Source: an uncultured Methanoregulaceae archaeon
GTDB taxonomy: Archaea; Halobacteriota; Methanomicrobia; Methanomicrobiales; Methanospirillaceae
Reading direction: 5' to 3'
DNA: 64,000 nt
Assembly (NCBI GenBank): GCA_963705255.1
Contig: OY970061.1
Location: 448,001 to 512,000 of the forward strand
The number at the start of each line of letters is the position of its first letter. Positions within the stretch are counted from its first letter, which is position 1. The notes beneath the pieces are model-generated. The model saw only the letters and a program-made list of their open reading frames with translations, was not told the DNA's origin and did not search any database. The translations under genes and the position numbers were made by a program. Shown here piece by piece: positions 44,551-56,438 of this stretch.

Positions 44551-45626
44551 CAGCGCATATATTGTCGGACGGTAGTAATATGCTTATCCAGCACCGACAG
44601 CGCTTCCGTGCGGGTGGCACCGCTGCCGTACACGCTGACAACTGCCTGCCCTTCCTCAAATCGGGTTCCGGGCCACGGGATGTCGGCAACGAGGCCCTTC
44701 AGCTGTGCAAGGTCGGCGTTGACGGTCAGGTCCCGCTCTGCGAAGAGGATCCTTCGGGCAGCCACCTGGTTCGGGGGTGGTACGGAGTCCGGGAGTCTTC
44801 CCGCACAGGCATCTGCATGGAGCTGGAACAGGTTGCACCCGCACGCCATCTCGACCGTATCGACCGTCCCCTGGAAGCGCGGGTTCACCTCAATTGCCCA
44901 TGCCTCCCCGTCACCGGCCACGAAATCGATCCCGATGGTCCCGCTGCAGCCGCTCGCTGCTGCGATCCGTTCGGCAGCTGCGACCATGCGTGCATGGAGC
45001 GGGTGGCCGAACGGTGTTACCGAACCGCAGAAACCGAATACCGACTCTCCCCTGCCCTGGAGGAACTGCTCGTTCGTGGCAACGGCCCGCGCGCCGACAC
45101 CGTCCGTGATACAGCAGACACTCGCGGGCACGCCCCTGGCCAGTTCCTGGCGGATGGAGGGGACATCAGGGTAGAGCGATTCCCAGGCACGCAGCTCTTC
45201 TGCGTTCTGAACAACTGCATTCCGCCACCCGCCGGCTCCTCTCCGGGGCTTGACCATGGCGGGAAACTCCCCGGCCCCCATGAGCCGGGGGACCGGGACG
45301 TCCAGCTGCTCAAAAAAATGCTGGGTATCCAGCTTGTCGAGAAACCGTGCGATCTTCTCCCGGGGGGTCCCGCAGAGCGGGATCGTCACCGGCAGGTCTT
45401 CTGCCCCGGACGTTGTGACGAACAGGTCAAATGCATGGCGCCGTGCCATCCGGTCGATCGCCCCGGGAAGGTCTTCGAGGGCCTCGAACTTCTCCCGGTC
45501 CCGGGTGCACCACCCCAGGTCCTGGTCGCAGAAGTGATCGACGGCACACACTTCATACCCTGCACGATATGCCGACTGTGCGACGTGGCGTGTCGCAAAG
45601 CCGGCGACCAGGACCCTCCCCTTCAC
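44550..45626 (-). CDS. ATP-grasp domain protein
   Basis: [22 protein letters not shown]. Confidence 0.85.
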   Translation of the reverse strand: MKGRVLVAGFATRHVAQSAYRAGYEVCAVDHFCDQDLGWCTRDREKFEALEDLPGAIDRMARRHAFDLFVTTSGAEDLPVTIPLCGTPREKIARFLDKLDTQHFFEQLDVPVPRLMGAGEFPAMVKPRRGAGGWRNAVVQNAEELRAWESLYPDVPSIRQELARGVPASVCCITDGVGARAVATNEQFLQGRGESVFGFCGSVTPFGHPLHARMVAAAERIAAASGCSGTIGIDFVAGDGEAWAIEVNPRFQGTVDTVEMACGCNLFQLHADACAGRLPDSVPPPNQVAARRILFAERDLTVNADLAQLKGLVADIPWPGTRFEEGQAVVSVYGSGATRTEALSVLDKHITTVRQYMR

Positions 45627-46153
45627 CGTTCCTCCGTCTGCTTTCCGGCTTTTGACGGCACGATGCGGATCTGCGCCCCGGGAAACTCGTTCCGCAGTTC
45701 CTCCCCGGAGAAGAGGTGGTCGAGGAAGAGCGCCAGGCTCGAGATCTCGGAATGGGGCTGGGCAGTGACGGCCACATTGTAGTCGGCAAGGCCGTAAATC
45801 TCGCCGGGCACTTTCTCTGCCCCGACAATGACGAGTATCTTTTCATGCGGCCGTATCCCGCTGACAACGTCCGGCAGGTTCAGGCCGTACATCGTCAGGT
45901 GGACGACCGTTCCCCCGGAGGCCTTCCACTCCTTTATGCAGGAGCGCCACTTCACGTTATCCTCGCAGAAGAAGTCCCCGCCCCAGCGCTCCACAACGTC
46001 CGCGATGCTCCGGACAACCCCCTTGTCGGATGCAGCAAGGTACATCCCCGCCGCGCCCAGCGCCCGCCCGGTCAGGCCGACATGGGTGGTGACGCGCTGG
46101 TCGCGTTCGGGACGGTGGCCGATCCGGAGAATAACAACCTCGCGTGCCGGCAT
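45623..46153 (-). CDS. trm56: tRNA (cytidine(56)-2'-O)-methyltransferase
   Basis: [31 protein letters not shown] (SPOUT fold). Confidence 0.95.
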   Translation of the reverse strand: MPAREVVILRIGHRPERDQRVTTHVGLTGRALGAAGMYLAASDKGVVRSIADVVERWGGDFFCEDNVKWRSCIKEWKASGGTVVHLTMYGLNLPDVVSGIRPHEKILVIVGAEKVPGEIYGLADYNVAVTAQPHSEISSLALFLDHLFSGEELRNEFPGAQIRIVPSKAGKQTEER

Positions 46154-46154
46154 G

Positions 46155-46427
46155 TCAGGTCTTCCTCTGCTTTACCACGCCGTTTTCGATGGTGAACGGG
46201 AGACTGTCATCATATTTTGCCTGGTTCCGGATGAGGGACTCGCCGAACGTCAGCACCCGTACCTGTTCCCCGTCCCGCTCGATGAGGCAGGAGCGGTCAA
46301 GGCGTACCAGGGAGGCTTCGACTGATGACCGGCCAAGCCCGCTCTTGTCGACAAGCATCTCCACGCTGGCCGGTGATGCCGGGGGGATCAGGTGGTAGAC
46401 CAGCCAGTCCGCATCCTCTTCTTTCAC
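46155..46427 (-). CDS. small winged-helix protein
   Basis: 90 aa in the operon with trm56; HTH-like [15 protein letters not shown]. Confidence 0.65.
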   Translation of the reverse strand: MKEEDADWLVYHLIPPASPASVEMLVDKSGLGRSSVEASLVRLDRSCLIERDGEQVRVLTFGESLIRNQAKYDDSLPFTIENGVVKQRKT

Positions 46428-46529
46428 CTGTATTCATTCCATGCGGAGGTGAATAAGGGTTGTTGTCCCGGGCTGCACAGGGGTGCGGTCTTCAGCGATT
46501 TTTTTATCCTCCGCAACCAATACGTGGCA

Positions 46530-46940
46530 ATGAGTACTGACCGTTCGGTAGTCCCGTATCCCACGCTGGTTGCCACAGCCGACAAACTCCTCGATGACTG
46601 CGAGGACGATGTGGTCTGCCTCTCGATACGGATAGGCTCTCTTGATGCGGACCTGCAGAGCGAACTGCTGGTCTCCGACCTGCTCAACGCGTACCAGGCA
46701 TTCTATCACTCCTTCCGGACTGCCCCGGATGATCTTCTCAGGGAGCGCCTTGAACTGGAGCCTGCGTCCGCGCTTGTCCACGGCCTGAAGATCGCCGAGA
46801 TCGATCTCCTCGAACTCTTCTTTCTCGTCCGGGACAACGAGCCAATCGTCGCTATCAGTGACGGGGAAAAGGTTGTTGCTGAATATACCGGCCGGAATGC
46901 CTATGCAAACGCGATGAAGTTCGTTGAAAACCCGCAGTGA
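46530..46940 (+). CDS. hypothetical protein
   Basis: ORF from ATG 46530 with coding-like composition, divergent from the trm56 operon. Confidence 0.6.
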   Translation: MSTDRSVVPYPTLVATADKLLDDCEDDVVCLSIRIGSLDADLQSELLVSDLLNAYQAFYHSFRTAPDDLLRERLELEPASALVHGLKIAEIDLLELFFLVRDNEPIVAISDGEKVVAEYTGRNAYANAMKFVENPQ

Positions 46941-47380
46941 ACAGACTGAGTGAACAGACCGGAAATCTTTTGCATACGGCTCCGGAAAAAATGTATCCGG
47001 AAGAAAGCCGGTGCCACACCCGGGTACATTTTTTTATTCCCTATTCTTCTTTGGTTCCCGGTTACTGTTATGCGATCGAATGATGACTCGTCCGAACTTT
47101 CGTAAACATTTGCGGGTTCAGGTAGTCATATATATTTTTGTATATAATACATTAAGAATACAATATCTGGCCCGCGCGAATCCTGCGGCAGTTGTTGAAG
47201 GCTGGTGTCTCGTATGGCCAGGACGAGTGGTTGAATGATTGGAGTGAGCTTTATAGACGTGAAAGAGGAGAAAATTGCTGTAGCTGCCGGGCCGGCATGC
47301 ATTCCGCCCGGCAGGATGCCGGGAAATTTCATCGACAAACTTTGGTGCACGGACGGATCGTCTCTACCCGGAGATACCGC

Positions 47381-47842
47381 ATGACCCGGGGGCGCATACC
47401 GGTTCGCGCCCTCGGGTTCGCGGAGCCGATCGCGGAGAAGCGGGGACTGGTCCAGCATTACGTGCGCGAGCCCGGAGCGATCTGTAATTTTGAGATCCTG
47501 AGCCCGGGCATCGTGACAAAGGTGGCACTCAGGTGCGTCCGCAGGCTCGGCTGTTCGATACGGGAGATCGAACGGGACCTCGGGGCGGAGATCGCGGAGA
47601 TCCGGATCATCGCGTCTTCGCGGGAGATCTCCCGCGAGCTCTGGCTCTGCTCGCCCCGGTACGCGTACCGCTTCTTCCGGGTCCTGGATGACGAGCTCGT
47701 CGAGCTCGATCGGGACGGCTCTCCGCTGCCGGTAACGATAGCCGGTGCCGGGCTGCCGGGTCCTGGCCCGGTACCACCCTCCGGCCCCCAGCCCGGAGCT
47801 GATCAGCCTGACACGGGGAAAAAAACCGGAACCGTTCCTTAG
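47381..47842 (+). CDS. hypothetical protein (MTRGR.P...RELWL..RFFRV type) with low-complexity tail; frame reopens to 48091
   Basis: ATG 47381; an in-frame TAG lies inside a 51-nt repeat. Confidence 0.6.
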   Translation: MTRGRIPVRALGFAEPIAEKRGLVQHYVREPGAICNFEILSPGIVTKVALRCVRRLGCSIREIERDLGAEIAEIRIIASSREISRELWLCSPRYAYRFFRVLDDELVELDRDGSPLPVTIAGAGLPGPGPVPPSGPQPGADQPDTGKKTGTVP

Positions 47843-47950
47843 TCCGGTTCCAATCCACCGGGCACGGACAAAAAATCCGGAATCAGTTCTCAACCCGGTG
47901 CCGAGCAACGGGACAATGATAAAAAATCCGGAACCCTCTCTGAACTCGGT
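47789..47950 (+). repeat. degenerate 51-nt (17-codon) tandem repeat, about 3 copies
   Basis: Units start at 47789, 47840, 47891 and 47942, with AAAAAAWCCGGAA in each full unit. Confidence 0.75.
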
Positions 47951-48936
47951 CCTGGCAATCCGATCACGGGCACGCCGGCCGCTTCCGGACCGGTGCCCGG
48001 CGCCATGACGCCAGCACCCGGCCCTGCGTCCGGTACCGGGCCGGTTACCCCCACCAATCCACCGGATGGTCAGACGCCCGGCAGGGACTAACCCGGCGGG
48101 GTCACGCGCTTCGCGGGCGTCCGGGTCACTTCCCACGCCGCTCTTTTCGATCTGCTCTTTCTGCCTGGACTACGAAATGACGCAGGATCTCCTTGGAGAT
48201 TATACTAATTACTAATTAGCAGAAATAGTGAAATCTTCTCATTGGCAGTTAGTGACCGCCGGTAATGCAGGATGTCCGGTTTGCCCGGGGCTCCTGGGGG
48301 GCGGCAAGGTTCTTCGACGAGCAGATCCCTACCCGGACATGGGGGGCAAGACTACCGCCCATTCGAAGAACCCCTCCGGGGTTCTTCTCGTAGTTCACCC
48401 CTTCAGGGTTCACTATTTTCAAATCTGGCTCCTTTTCGAAAACGGGGGCTAATTTGCGGGAATTCACCCGGGCCGGGATCTTCAGGAGTTCCGGAAAAGT
48501 GCGTAATTCCGGGAAAATGGATGTAAATTCAAAATAATTCGCTCGTTACGGCCACAGTTTGTTGAAAATCACATCTGAATCCCAAAGTGCGCTAACAGAA
48601 GCAATTGGCTGATAAAACCCTTTTTTTCCAGGGTACAGCAGGCAGATCGAAGGAAACCCCTGTTTTTACGGATCCGATCTTCCGTCGGAAATTGTTATTT
48701 CTCCGTTGTAGAATCTGATGACGCTCCTCCTTTAGGTGAGATGATCGGTCGGATGTTGGAGTTGAGTATAACCCCTGACGTTCTGAGATCATTGATCTAT
48801 TGGATTTATAGAGAATATTTTCTGCACTTTCACACCGTGGATCAGCAGGTTTATTGTGTGACGCAATGAAGGGGAAATCAATCAATAAAATTCAAGTGAG
48901 AACGATAAAATTCTTCGATAAAACCCAGTGTTGACT

Positions 48937-51109
48937 ATGTATTATGCTCATTCAACAAAAAATCCGGATAAATCTGACTGGCAGCTCCTCCGCGATCATC
49001 TGACCAATGTTGCAACAATCTCGGGAGAGTTCGCTTATGATTTCAACGCCGGTGAATTGGCATATACGAGCGGACTCCTTCATGATCTCGGGAAATATTC
49101 CCTGGAATTCCAGAGGCGTCTTGAAGATCCCTGCATTCGGGCAGATCACTCGACAGCCGGTGCCCTGGAAGCCGGTAAATCCTACCATCAATCCTATGGC
49201 CGCGTCCTCTCGTACGTTATCGTCGGCCACCACGGCGGGCTCCTGAATTTCGGCAGCGTTGAGAGCGGGCTCGAAGAACGGTTGCGGAGGACCAGCATCC
49301 CGGATTATTCTCAGCTACAGAGACGAGATCGCTTTGCGTGATCAGAATTTATTCCAGCTCGCACTGAAACCGCTCCCCAAAAAATCCGGGTTTTGTCTCT
49401 CTTTTTTCACACGATTACTATACTCATGCCTCGTGGATGCGGACTCGCTCGACACGGAAAGATTCGTGGCTCCGGAAAAATTTTCCGTACGCGGGACATT
49501 CGACTCGTTCGAAAAACTCCGGGAAAAGTTCGATGCAGTCATGCAGGAAAAAAATTCCCGGGCAACCGATTCCCTCATCAACCGGGAGCGAAAAAATATT
49601 TTCGACCAGTGTGTCGCGGCCGGCTCGCAACAGCCTGGATTTTTTTCCCTGACCGTTCCAACGGGCGGGGGCAAGACTCTCTCCTCCATGGCCTTCGCGC
49701 TCGAACACCTGAAGAAAAACAATCTGAAGCGGATCTTTTATATCATCCCCTACACGAGCATTATCGAGCAGAATGCCAAGGTTTTCCGGGATGTCTTCGG
49801 GAACCCGAATGTGCTGGAGCATCATAGTAATTTTGATCCCACGAGCTTGAAAGACGACAATGATCCCGTTTGCGAATCGCTCAAGCTCGCTACCGAGAAC
49901 TGGGACATGCCGATTGTGGTCACGACTAATGTCCAGTTCTTCGAGTCGCTCTTCTCTAACAAACGATCCCGGTGCCGGAAACTGCATAACCTTGCCAGGA
50001 GCGTGATCATTCTTGACGAGGCCCAGATGCTCCCGACCGGGTACTTTCTCCCCTGCCTCGCTGCGTTGTCGGAACTTGTCCGGAATTATGGTGCAACGGT
50101 CGTCATCTGTACCGCTACCCAGCCGAAACTTGGCGCACTGCTGGACGAGAGCCTCAGGCCACGGGAGATCATCGATTCACCGGATAAATTGTATGAATCC
50201 TTCAAGCGGGTACGGGTGACTGATCTGAAATCTCTCAGCGATTCAGACCTTTCATCGAGGTTGAAAGAGCTTCCCCGTGTCCTGTGCATCGTGAATACCC
50301 GGAATCACGCAAAGAAATTGTACGATCTCCTCCAGCCCTCCGGGTCCTGCTATCATCTCAGTGCGCGGATGTGTCCCATCCATCGCAGAAAGATGATTGT
50401 GGAGATCAAAGATCTGCTCAAAGAAGGCAAGGACTGCCGGGTAATTTCAACGCAGTTGATCGAAGCCGGGGTTGATATCGATTTCCCGGTTGTGTATCGG
50501 ATAATGAGCGGAATCGATTCGATCGCTCAGGCTGCCGGGAGGTGCAACCGTGAGGGTAAATTACAAGATCTTGGTGAGGTCTTTGTCTTCAAGTCCGAGG
50601 AGAAATACGCTAGGGCAACCGCATGGCAGAACCGTATCGCCGAAATTGGCGAAATGGCGATGAGTTCGTCGCCAGACTCACTTTCGCTCGAAACAATAGC
50701 AGATTATTTCGGGCGATTATACCACTATGAAGATCTCGATATCGAGAAGATCCTTCCCAGAATCGAAGAGCGAAACCGGGAACTTGCATTTCCTTTTGAA
50801 GATATTGCCACGGATTTTCAGTTTATTGATGAGGGTACTAAAGACGTAATAATTCCATTCGACGCTAATGCAAAATTAAAGATTGAAAAACTTCGCAATT
50901 CCGATTCCCCATGGAAGACAGCCCGGGAACTTCAGGGATATTCAGTCAGTATATATCCCAATGAATTCGGGGAGATGGTGAAGATGAATGCGGTCGAGAT
51001 GATTGCCGACCGGTTTTTCATATTAAAATCCTGTGAGGATTATTCCGATGAAACGGGACTGAAGAACCGGTACAATGTCGGTTATGATGGATCGTTATTG
51101 ATGACTTAG
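48937..51109 (+). CDS. cas3: Cas3 HD nuclease-helicase, frameshift ~49312
   Basis: YAHS..HL, LHDLGK, HHGGL; PTGGGKT, LDEAQ, TATQP, QAAGRCNR. Confidence 0.93.
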
Positions 51110-51115
51110 AAGGAG

Positions 51116-51829
51116 GTGGTGGATATTGGATTTGGAATCAAACTGAAAGTCTGGGGCGATTATGCCTGCTTCACACGCCCCGAGATGAAGGTCGAGCGGG
51201 TGAGCTATGACGTGATGACGCCTTCAGCTGCAAGAGGAATTCTCGAAGCAATCTACTGGAAGCCTGCGATTACATGGGAGATTGACCGGATTCACGTAAT
51301 GAACGAGATCAAGTTCGATAATATCCGGCGGAACGAAGTGCTCGGAAAAATATCGTCAAAGACTGTCAGCAATGCAATGCAGGGAAAAGAGATTTCGTTA
51401 TTCATTAATGCAAATGATAAAAATGTCCGGGATCAGCGAGCTTCGGTTATCCTCCGAGATGTTTTGTATTATATTGAAGCTCATTTCAACATGACCGGAA
51501 AAGCAGGTCCCGACGATACCGTTGAAAAACATTACAATGTAGCCCTCAGAAGAATGCGAAAAGGCCAATGCTTTCATAATCCGTATTTTGGGTGTAGAGA
51601 ATTTCCGGTCGCATTTGAATTGGTTGAGGGAGAAATTCCAAAGTCTCAATTTTATGGAAAAACCGGAGAAACAAAAGACCTTGGGATGATGCTTTGGGAT
51701 ATGGACTTTTCGAAAGTAAAAGAGGATTTTTCGAATATAAATGAAATCAAGGCCGTTTTTTTCCATGCGTCTATGGTAGATGGCGTGATGGACGTGCAGA
51801 AGTGCCTCAAGGAGGGATCATTCTCATGA
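51116..51829 (+). CDS. cas5: type I-C Cas5 (Cas5c/Cas5d, crRNA processing)
   Basis: ACFTRPEMKVERVSY..TPSAARG, YFGCREF. Confidence 0.95.
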   Translation: MVDIGFGIKLKVWGDYACFTRPEMKVERVSYDVMTPSAARGILEAIYWKPAITWEIDRIHVMNEIKFDNIRRNEVLGKISSKTVSNAMQGKEISLFINANDKNVRDQRASVILRDVLYYIEAHFNMTGKAGPDDTVEKHYNVALRRMRKGQCFHNPYFGCREFPVAFELVEGEIPKSQFYGKTGETKDLGMMLWDMDFSKVKEDFSNINEIKAVFFHASMVDGVMDVQKCLKEGSFS

Positions 51830-53815
51830 TCATCCAATCGCTGGTGAGATATTATGATTACCTCATTGGGGAAGGAGTGAAAATTCCCCGTTTAGGCTAC
51901 AGTCCCGCAGGGGTTTCATTTGTATTAGTTATATCGCCAGATGGAAAATTAACGAATCTCATCGATCTTCGCCACGATGAAAAGAAAAAGCGATCAAGAC
52001 AATTTGAGGTTCCATACCAAAAAGATCACACAAACAAGGTGGAGCCACATTTCATTTGCGACAATGCAAAATATGTTTTTGGCGTAGAAAAAGTGAAAGA
52101 GGATACCTTAAAAAAACTCAATGCCAAACCGGAAGATGTAAAATTTCTTGAAAAAATACCTGACGCCGCCATAGTCGTTACCTCCAGATCACAAAAGTGT
52201 TTTGAAGAATTCCGTTCTTTCCATCATTCTTTGCTTGACAGCGCAGACGATTCGAAGATCAAAATATTTTTGCATTTTCTTGATTCATGGAAACCATTGG
52301 AATTCCTCAGCAACCGGAAAATTGCCGAATACAAGGATGATATATTTTCCAGCGGTAATTTTGTGTTCCAGGTTGATGGGATCTGTCTCCACAAATCTCC
52401 TATTGTCATGAAATTCTGGGAGGCGTACTATTTGGCGCATATAGCCTCCGGTAAAACTACTGATGCACAATGTCTCGTGACCGGACAAAAAGGTGCAGTT
52501 TCACGATTGCACAAAAAGATACGAGGAGTTGCCAATTCACAATCCGCCGGAGCACCGTTAGTAAGTTTCAACAATGATGCCTTTTGCTCCTATGGTCAAG
52601 ATCAAAGTTTCAATGCACCTGTCAGCGAAGTTGCAATGTTCAAGTATACGACAGTCCTGAATTATCTCCTTGAATACAATAGTAAAAACAAAATTCAGAT
52701 TGGCGATGTCACTACAGTATTCTGGGCTGAGACATCAGCCCCCTATCAAGACCTTACGAATATACTTCTAAATTCTATTGGGAAGCAGCAAGAAAAAGAG
52801 AAGGTTGAAACATCAGAAATTGTGAAGGTCAGGGATCTGTCCACCCAGCAATTAATTGGTGACATACTTGATAAGCTAAGGAAAGGCCAAAAATTGCAGC
52901 AAATAGATATCGGCACCAATCCGGATAAAAATTTTTACATCCTCGGATTAACTTCAAACAACGGACGACTTGCCGTCCGATACTGGTATCAGGACAGTTA
53001 TGGGAATTTTATAACCAATCTTGCACGACATCATCTCGATTTGGAAATTTCACGCGGAAAATATGGTCCGGATTACATTTCCATTCCGAGATTACTTAGT
53101 GCTACATTACCGAGAAAAAGAAATAAAAAATTGACCCAAAAATCATCGAAAAAAGAAACAAAGATTATCAGTGATTCAAAACCAGCCAAATTTTCTCCGC
53201 TGATTTCTAGCCTATTAATTAATGCAATTTTGAAAAATCGCCCGTATCCGCAACAAATGTTCAGTGCAATGATAAACCGGGCAAAAACCGGGAGTATTGA
53301 AGATTATGTCCAACTTGATTACGTTCACACAGGCTTCATGAAAGCATACCTCATTCGATTAGCACGAGCTGGATTATCCAATTTCAAAGAGGAGGAAATT
53401 ACTATGAGTTTAAACAAAGCAAGTCCGAGCGTCCCATATCATCTGGGAAGATTATTCGCTGTCCTGGAATTAGCACAGCGGTCAGCACATAACCAACCTG
53501 AAAACCCGAATGCGGGAATTAAGAGAACGATTCGGGACAGTTATTTTGCCGGTGCATCGCAAACTCCGACAGTCTGTGTTTCCGATCATTCTGAAGCTTC
53601 ATCAGCATCATTTGTCTAAACTGAAATCCGATAAGCCCGGACTAGGGATTTATTATTCAAAATTGGTTGCAGAAATTCTCGAGTCTGTGGATAAAATCCC
53701 CGCATATCTTAGTCCGGAAGAACAAGGCATGTTCATGCTTGGATATTATCATCAAAGCATTTACCGGAAAGGTGAAGAGAACGACAGAACTGAAAAGGAG
53801 GATGACCATGAGTGA
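51826..53815 (+). CDS. cas8c: type I-C large subunit Cas8c/Csd1, frameshift ~53573
   Basis: CLVTG, LVSFN...SYG, VFWAE, YHLGRLFAVLE, QGMFMLGYYHQ. Confidence 0.92.
53404..53815 (+). CDS. putative Cas11c translated from an internal start in cas8c
   Basis: GAGGAGG at 53389-53395, 8 nt before in-frame ATG 53404 (MSLNKASPSVPYHLGRL); contains the same frameshift. Confidence 0.65.
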
Positions 53816-54664
53816 ACCCATAAAAAACCGTTATGAATTTGTATTGTTGTTCGATGTTGAAAATGGAAACCCAAACGGGGATCCGGATATGGGAAACATG
53901 CCGAGGATTGATCCCCAAACAGGCTTTGGTATTGTGACCGATGTTGCCCTGAAGCGGAAAATCCGAGATTATGTCGATCTCGTTAAGTCAGGTCAAAAGG
54001 GCTACGATATTTATGTAAAATCCGGCATCGTCCTTAACGATCAACATAAAAAAGCCTATGATTTCATCAAAAAACCTGTATCGAAGAATCCCAGCACAGA
54101 AGACGAAATGAAATTGATCTCATTCATGTGCCAGAATTTCTTCGACATCCGTGCCTTTGGAGCGGTGATGACCCTTGATGTCAACTGCGGCCAGGTCCGG
54201 GACCGGTCCAGCTCACGTTCGCCCGGAGCCAGAATCGTATCTTCCAGCAGGAAGTCACCATCACCCGGCAGGCCGTGGCAAACGCCAAGGATGCCGAGAA
54301 GGGCCAGACGATGGGGAAGAAACAGATCGTTCCCTACGGCCTGTACCGTGCCGAAGGCTACATCTCTGCACACCTCGCAAAGAAAGTCACCGGATTCTCA
54401 GAAGACGATCTCGCCCTGCTCTGGGAGAGCCTGGTCAACATGTTCGAGCACGACCATTCCGCGGCACGGGGAAAACTCTCCGCACGGAAACTGATCGTCT
54501 TCAAGCACGAGAGCGAACTCGGCTGCTGCCAATCGCACGTCCTGTTCGACAAAGTCAAAGTCGAGCGGCTACCTGGTGAACTGCCACCACGATCATTCAG
54601 TGATTACAAAGTCACCGTCGCCAAAGACGTGCCAAAAGGAGTCGAGGTCATCGAGAAGTTATGA
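53808..54664 (+). CDS. cas7: type I-C Cas7c/Csd2, frameshift ~54199
   Basis: NGNPNGDPD, TDVALKRKIR, DIRAFGAV, MFEHDHSAARG; one G is missing in GQVRGPVQ. Confidence 0.93.
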
Positions 54665-55353
54665 GCGGGAGACGATACACGGACGACGAGCTTCTCCTGC
54701 TGTCGGGGATCCAGCACTTCCGGTTCTGCCGGCGGCAGTGGGCGCTTATTCATGTCGAACAGCAATGGGGCGAGAATCTCCGGACACAGGAAGGGCACTT
54801 CGTGCATGAGCGGGTCGACGATCCGTTCTTCAGTGAGAGCCGGGGGGATGTCGTCATCTCGCGGGCGTTCCCTATCGTCTCGTATTCGCTCGGGCTCACC
54901 GGTATCGCTGACATGATCGAGTACACCCGCTCCGATTCCGGTATTCCACTGTCCGGGCATGAAGGGCTGTGGCGGATGAAGCCGGTCGAGTACAAGCGGG
55001 GCAAGCCGAAGGTCGACGAACGCGACGAGGTCCAGCTCTGCGCACAGGTCATGTGCCTCGAAGAGATGTTCGGCATCGGGATCGATTCCGCGGATTTCTA
55101 TTATAACGAAATCCGTCGGAGGCTGCCGCTGAAGATCACCGACAAGCTTAGGAATCTCGTCGCCTCGCTCGCTGAAGAGATGCACGAAATTTTCCGGAAG
55201 GGGATCACGCCTTCGGCCGAGAAGTCGATCCACTGTTCACAGTGTTCACTCGTCGATGTTTGCGTCCCGAAACTGACGAAGAAACGCGTCTCTGTCCGGA
55301 GTTATATCGGGCGGCATGTAGGGGAAGCCTGCCTTATGGACGGGAAATCCTGA
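54661..55353 (+). CDS. cas4: Cas4 RecB-like nuclease
   Basis: FCRRQWAL, PVEYKRG, QLCAQ, C-terminal CxxC..C Fe-S ligands. Confidence 0.95.
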   Translation: MSGRRYTDDELLLLSGIQHFRFCRRQWALIHVEQQWGENLRTQEGHFVHERVDDPFFSESRGDVVISRAFPIVSYSLGLTGIADMIEYTRSDSGIPLSGHEGLWRMKPVEYKRGKPKVDERDEVQLCAQVMCLEEMFGIGIDSADFYYNEIRRRLPLKITDKLRNLVASLAEEMHEIFRKGITPSAEKSIHCSQCSLVDVCVPKLTKKRVSVRSYIGRHVGEACLMDGKS

Positions 55354-55394
55354 GTCATTGATCCCTTCGGGAGATGGCGGGAGATTGCGATATC

Positions 55395-56426
55395 ATGAGA
55401 AAACTGCTGAACACCCTGTACGTCACAACCCCCGAGTCTTTCCTGCACCGGGACGGGGAGAACGTCATCATCAAAGTCGGCACCGAGGAGAGGTTCCGCA
55501 TTCCCATCCACAATCTCGAAGGGATCGTCTGTTTTGGATACATGGGCGCAAGCCCTGCCCTGATGCGCCTCTGCTCCGACAACAATGTCGGGCTCTCGTT
55601 CCTCACACCACACGGGAAATTTCTCGGCCGGGTCTGCGGGAGGGTCAGGGGCAACGTCCTGCTCCGGAGAACCCAGTACCGAATCGCCGATGATGCCCGG
55701 GTCTCTCTCGCGATATCGAAGAATTTCATCGCAGCAAAGATCGTCAACTGCCGGACAATCCTCGGGAGAGGCCTCCGGGATCACGGTGATGTGGTCCACT
55801 GTGATCGAATCCGGTCTGCCGATGCCCTGCTGATCGAAAATCTCCGAAAGATCGAGGACTGCCCGGATGCGGACTCGCTCCGGGGTATAGAAGGGAACTG
55901 CGCGAAGTTCTACTTCGACATATTCGATGAGCTGATCCTGAAACAGAAGAACAATTTCTTCCTCACCGACAGGAATCGCCGGCCACCCCGCGACAACATG
56001 AACGCATTGCTCTCGTTCTTCTACACGCTCCTCGCCCATGACGTCGAGTCAGCGCTCGAGACCGTGGGGCTCGATCCATACGTCGGATTCTTCCACACGG
56101 ACCGGCCGGGAAGGGCGGGCCTCGCGCTTGACATGATGGAAGAGCTCCGGCCGTTCATTGCCGACCGGCTTGCGCTCAATCTCGTGAACCTGCAACAGAT
56201 CTGCGGGGACGATTTTCTCAAAAAAGAAGGTGGTGGAATCATCCTGACTGAGAAGGGGCGGAAAGACGTGCTTGCCGCATGGCAGAAGAGGAAGCAGGAG
56301 GAGATCGTGCATCCATATCTCAACGAAAAGATCCAGATCGGGCTTATCCCGTACGCTCAGGCGATGCTGATGGCCCGGTTCCTGCGCGGGGATATTGACG
56401 GGTATCCGCCGTTCTTCATGAATTAG
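55395..56426 (+). CDS. cas1: type I-C Cas1
   Basis: MRKLLNTLYVT, RGIEG, RNRRPP.D, LALDMMEE. Confidence 0.96.
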   Translation: MRKLLNTLYVTTPESFLHRDGENVIIKVGTEERFRIPIHNLEGIVCFGYMGASPALMRLCSDNNVGLSFLTPHGKFLGRVCGRVRGNVLLRRTQYRIADDARVSLAISKNFIAAKIVNCRTILGRGLRDHGDVVHCDRIRSADALLIENLRKIEDCPDADSLRGIEGNCAKFYFDIFDELILKQKNNFFLTDRNRRPPRDNMNALLSFFYTLLAHDVESALETVGLDPYVGFFHTDRPGRAGLALDMMEELRPFIADRLALNLVNLQQICGDDFLKKEGGGIILTEKGRKDVLAAWQKRKQEEIVHPYLNEKIQIGLIPYAQAMLMARFLRGDIDGYPPFFMN

Positions 56427-56438
56427 GTGATTGCTGTG

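Noticed and set aside
44437-45782. Long antisense ORFs (also 29850-30992 and 60335-61594)
   Set aside because: Shadow frames of GC-rich genes that are clearly identified on the opposite strand.
48741-48869. 42-aa ORF upstream of cas3 (MIGRMLELSITPDV...)
   Set aside because: The SD-like GGTGA is too close to the ATG and there is no recognisable motif.
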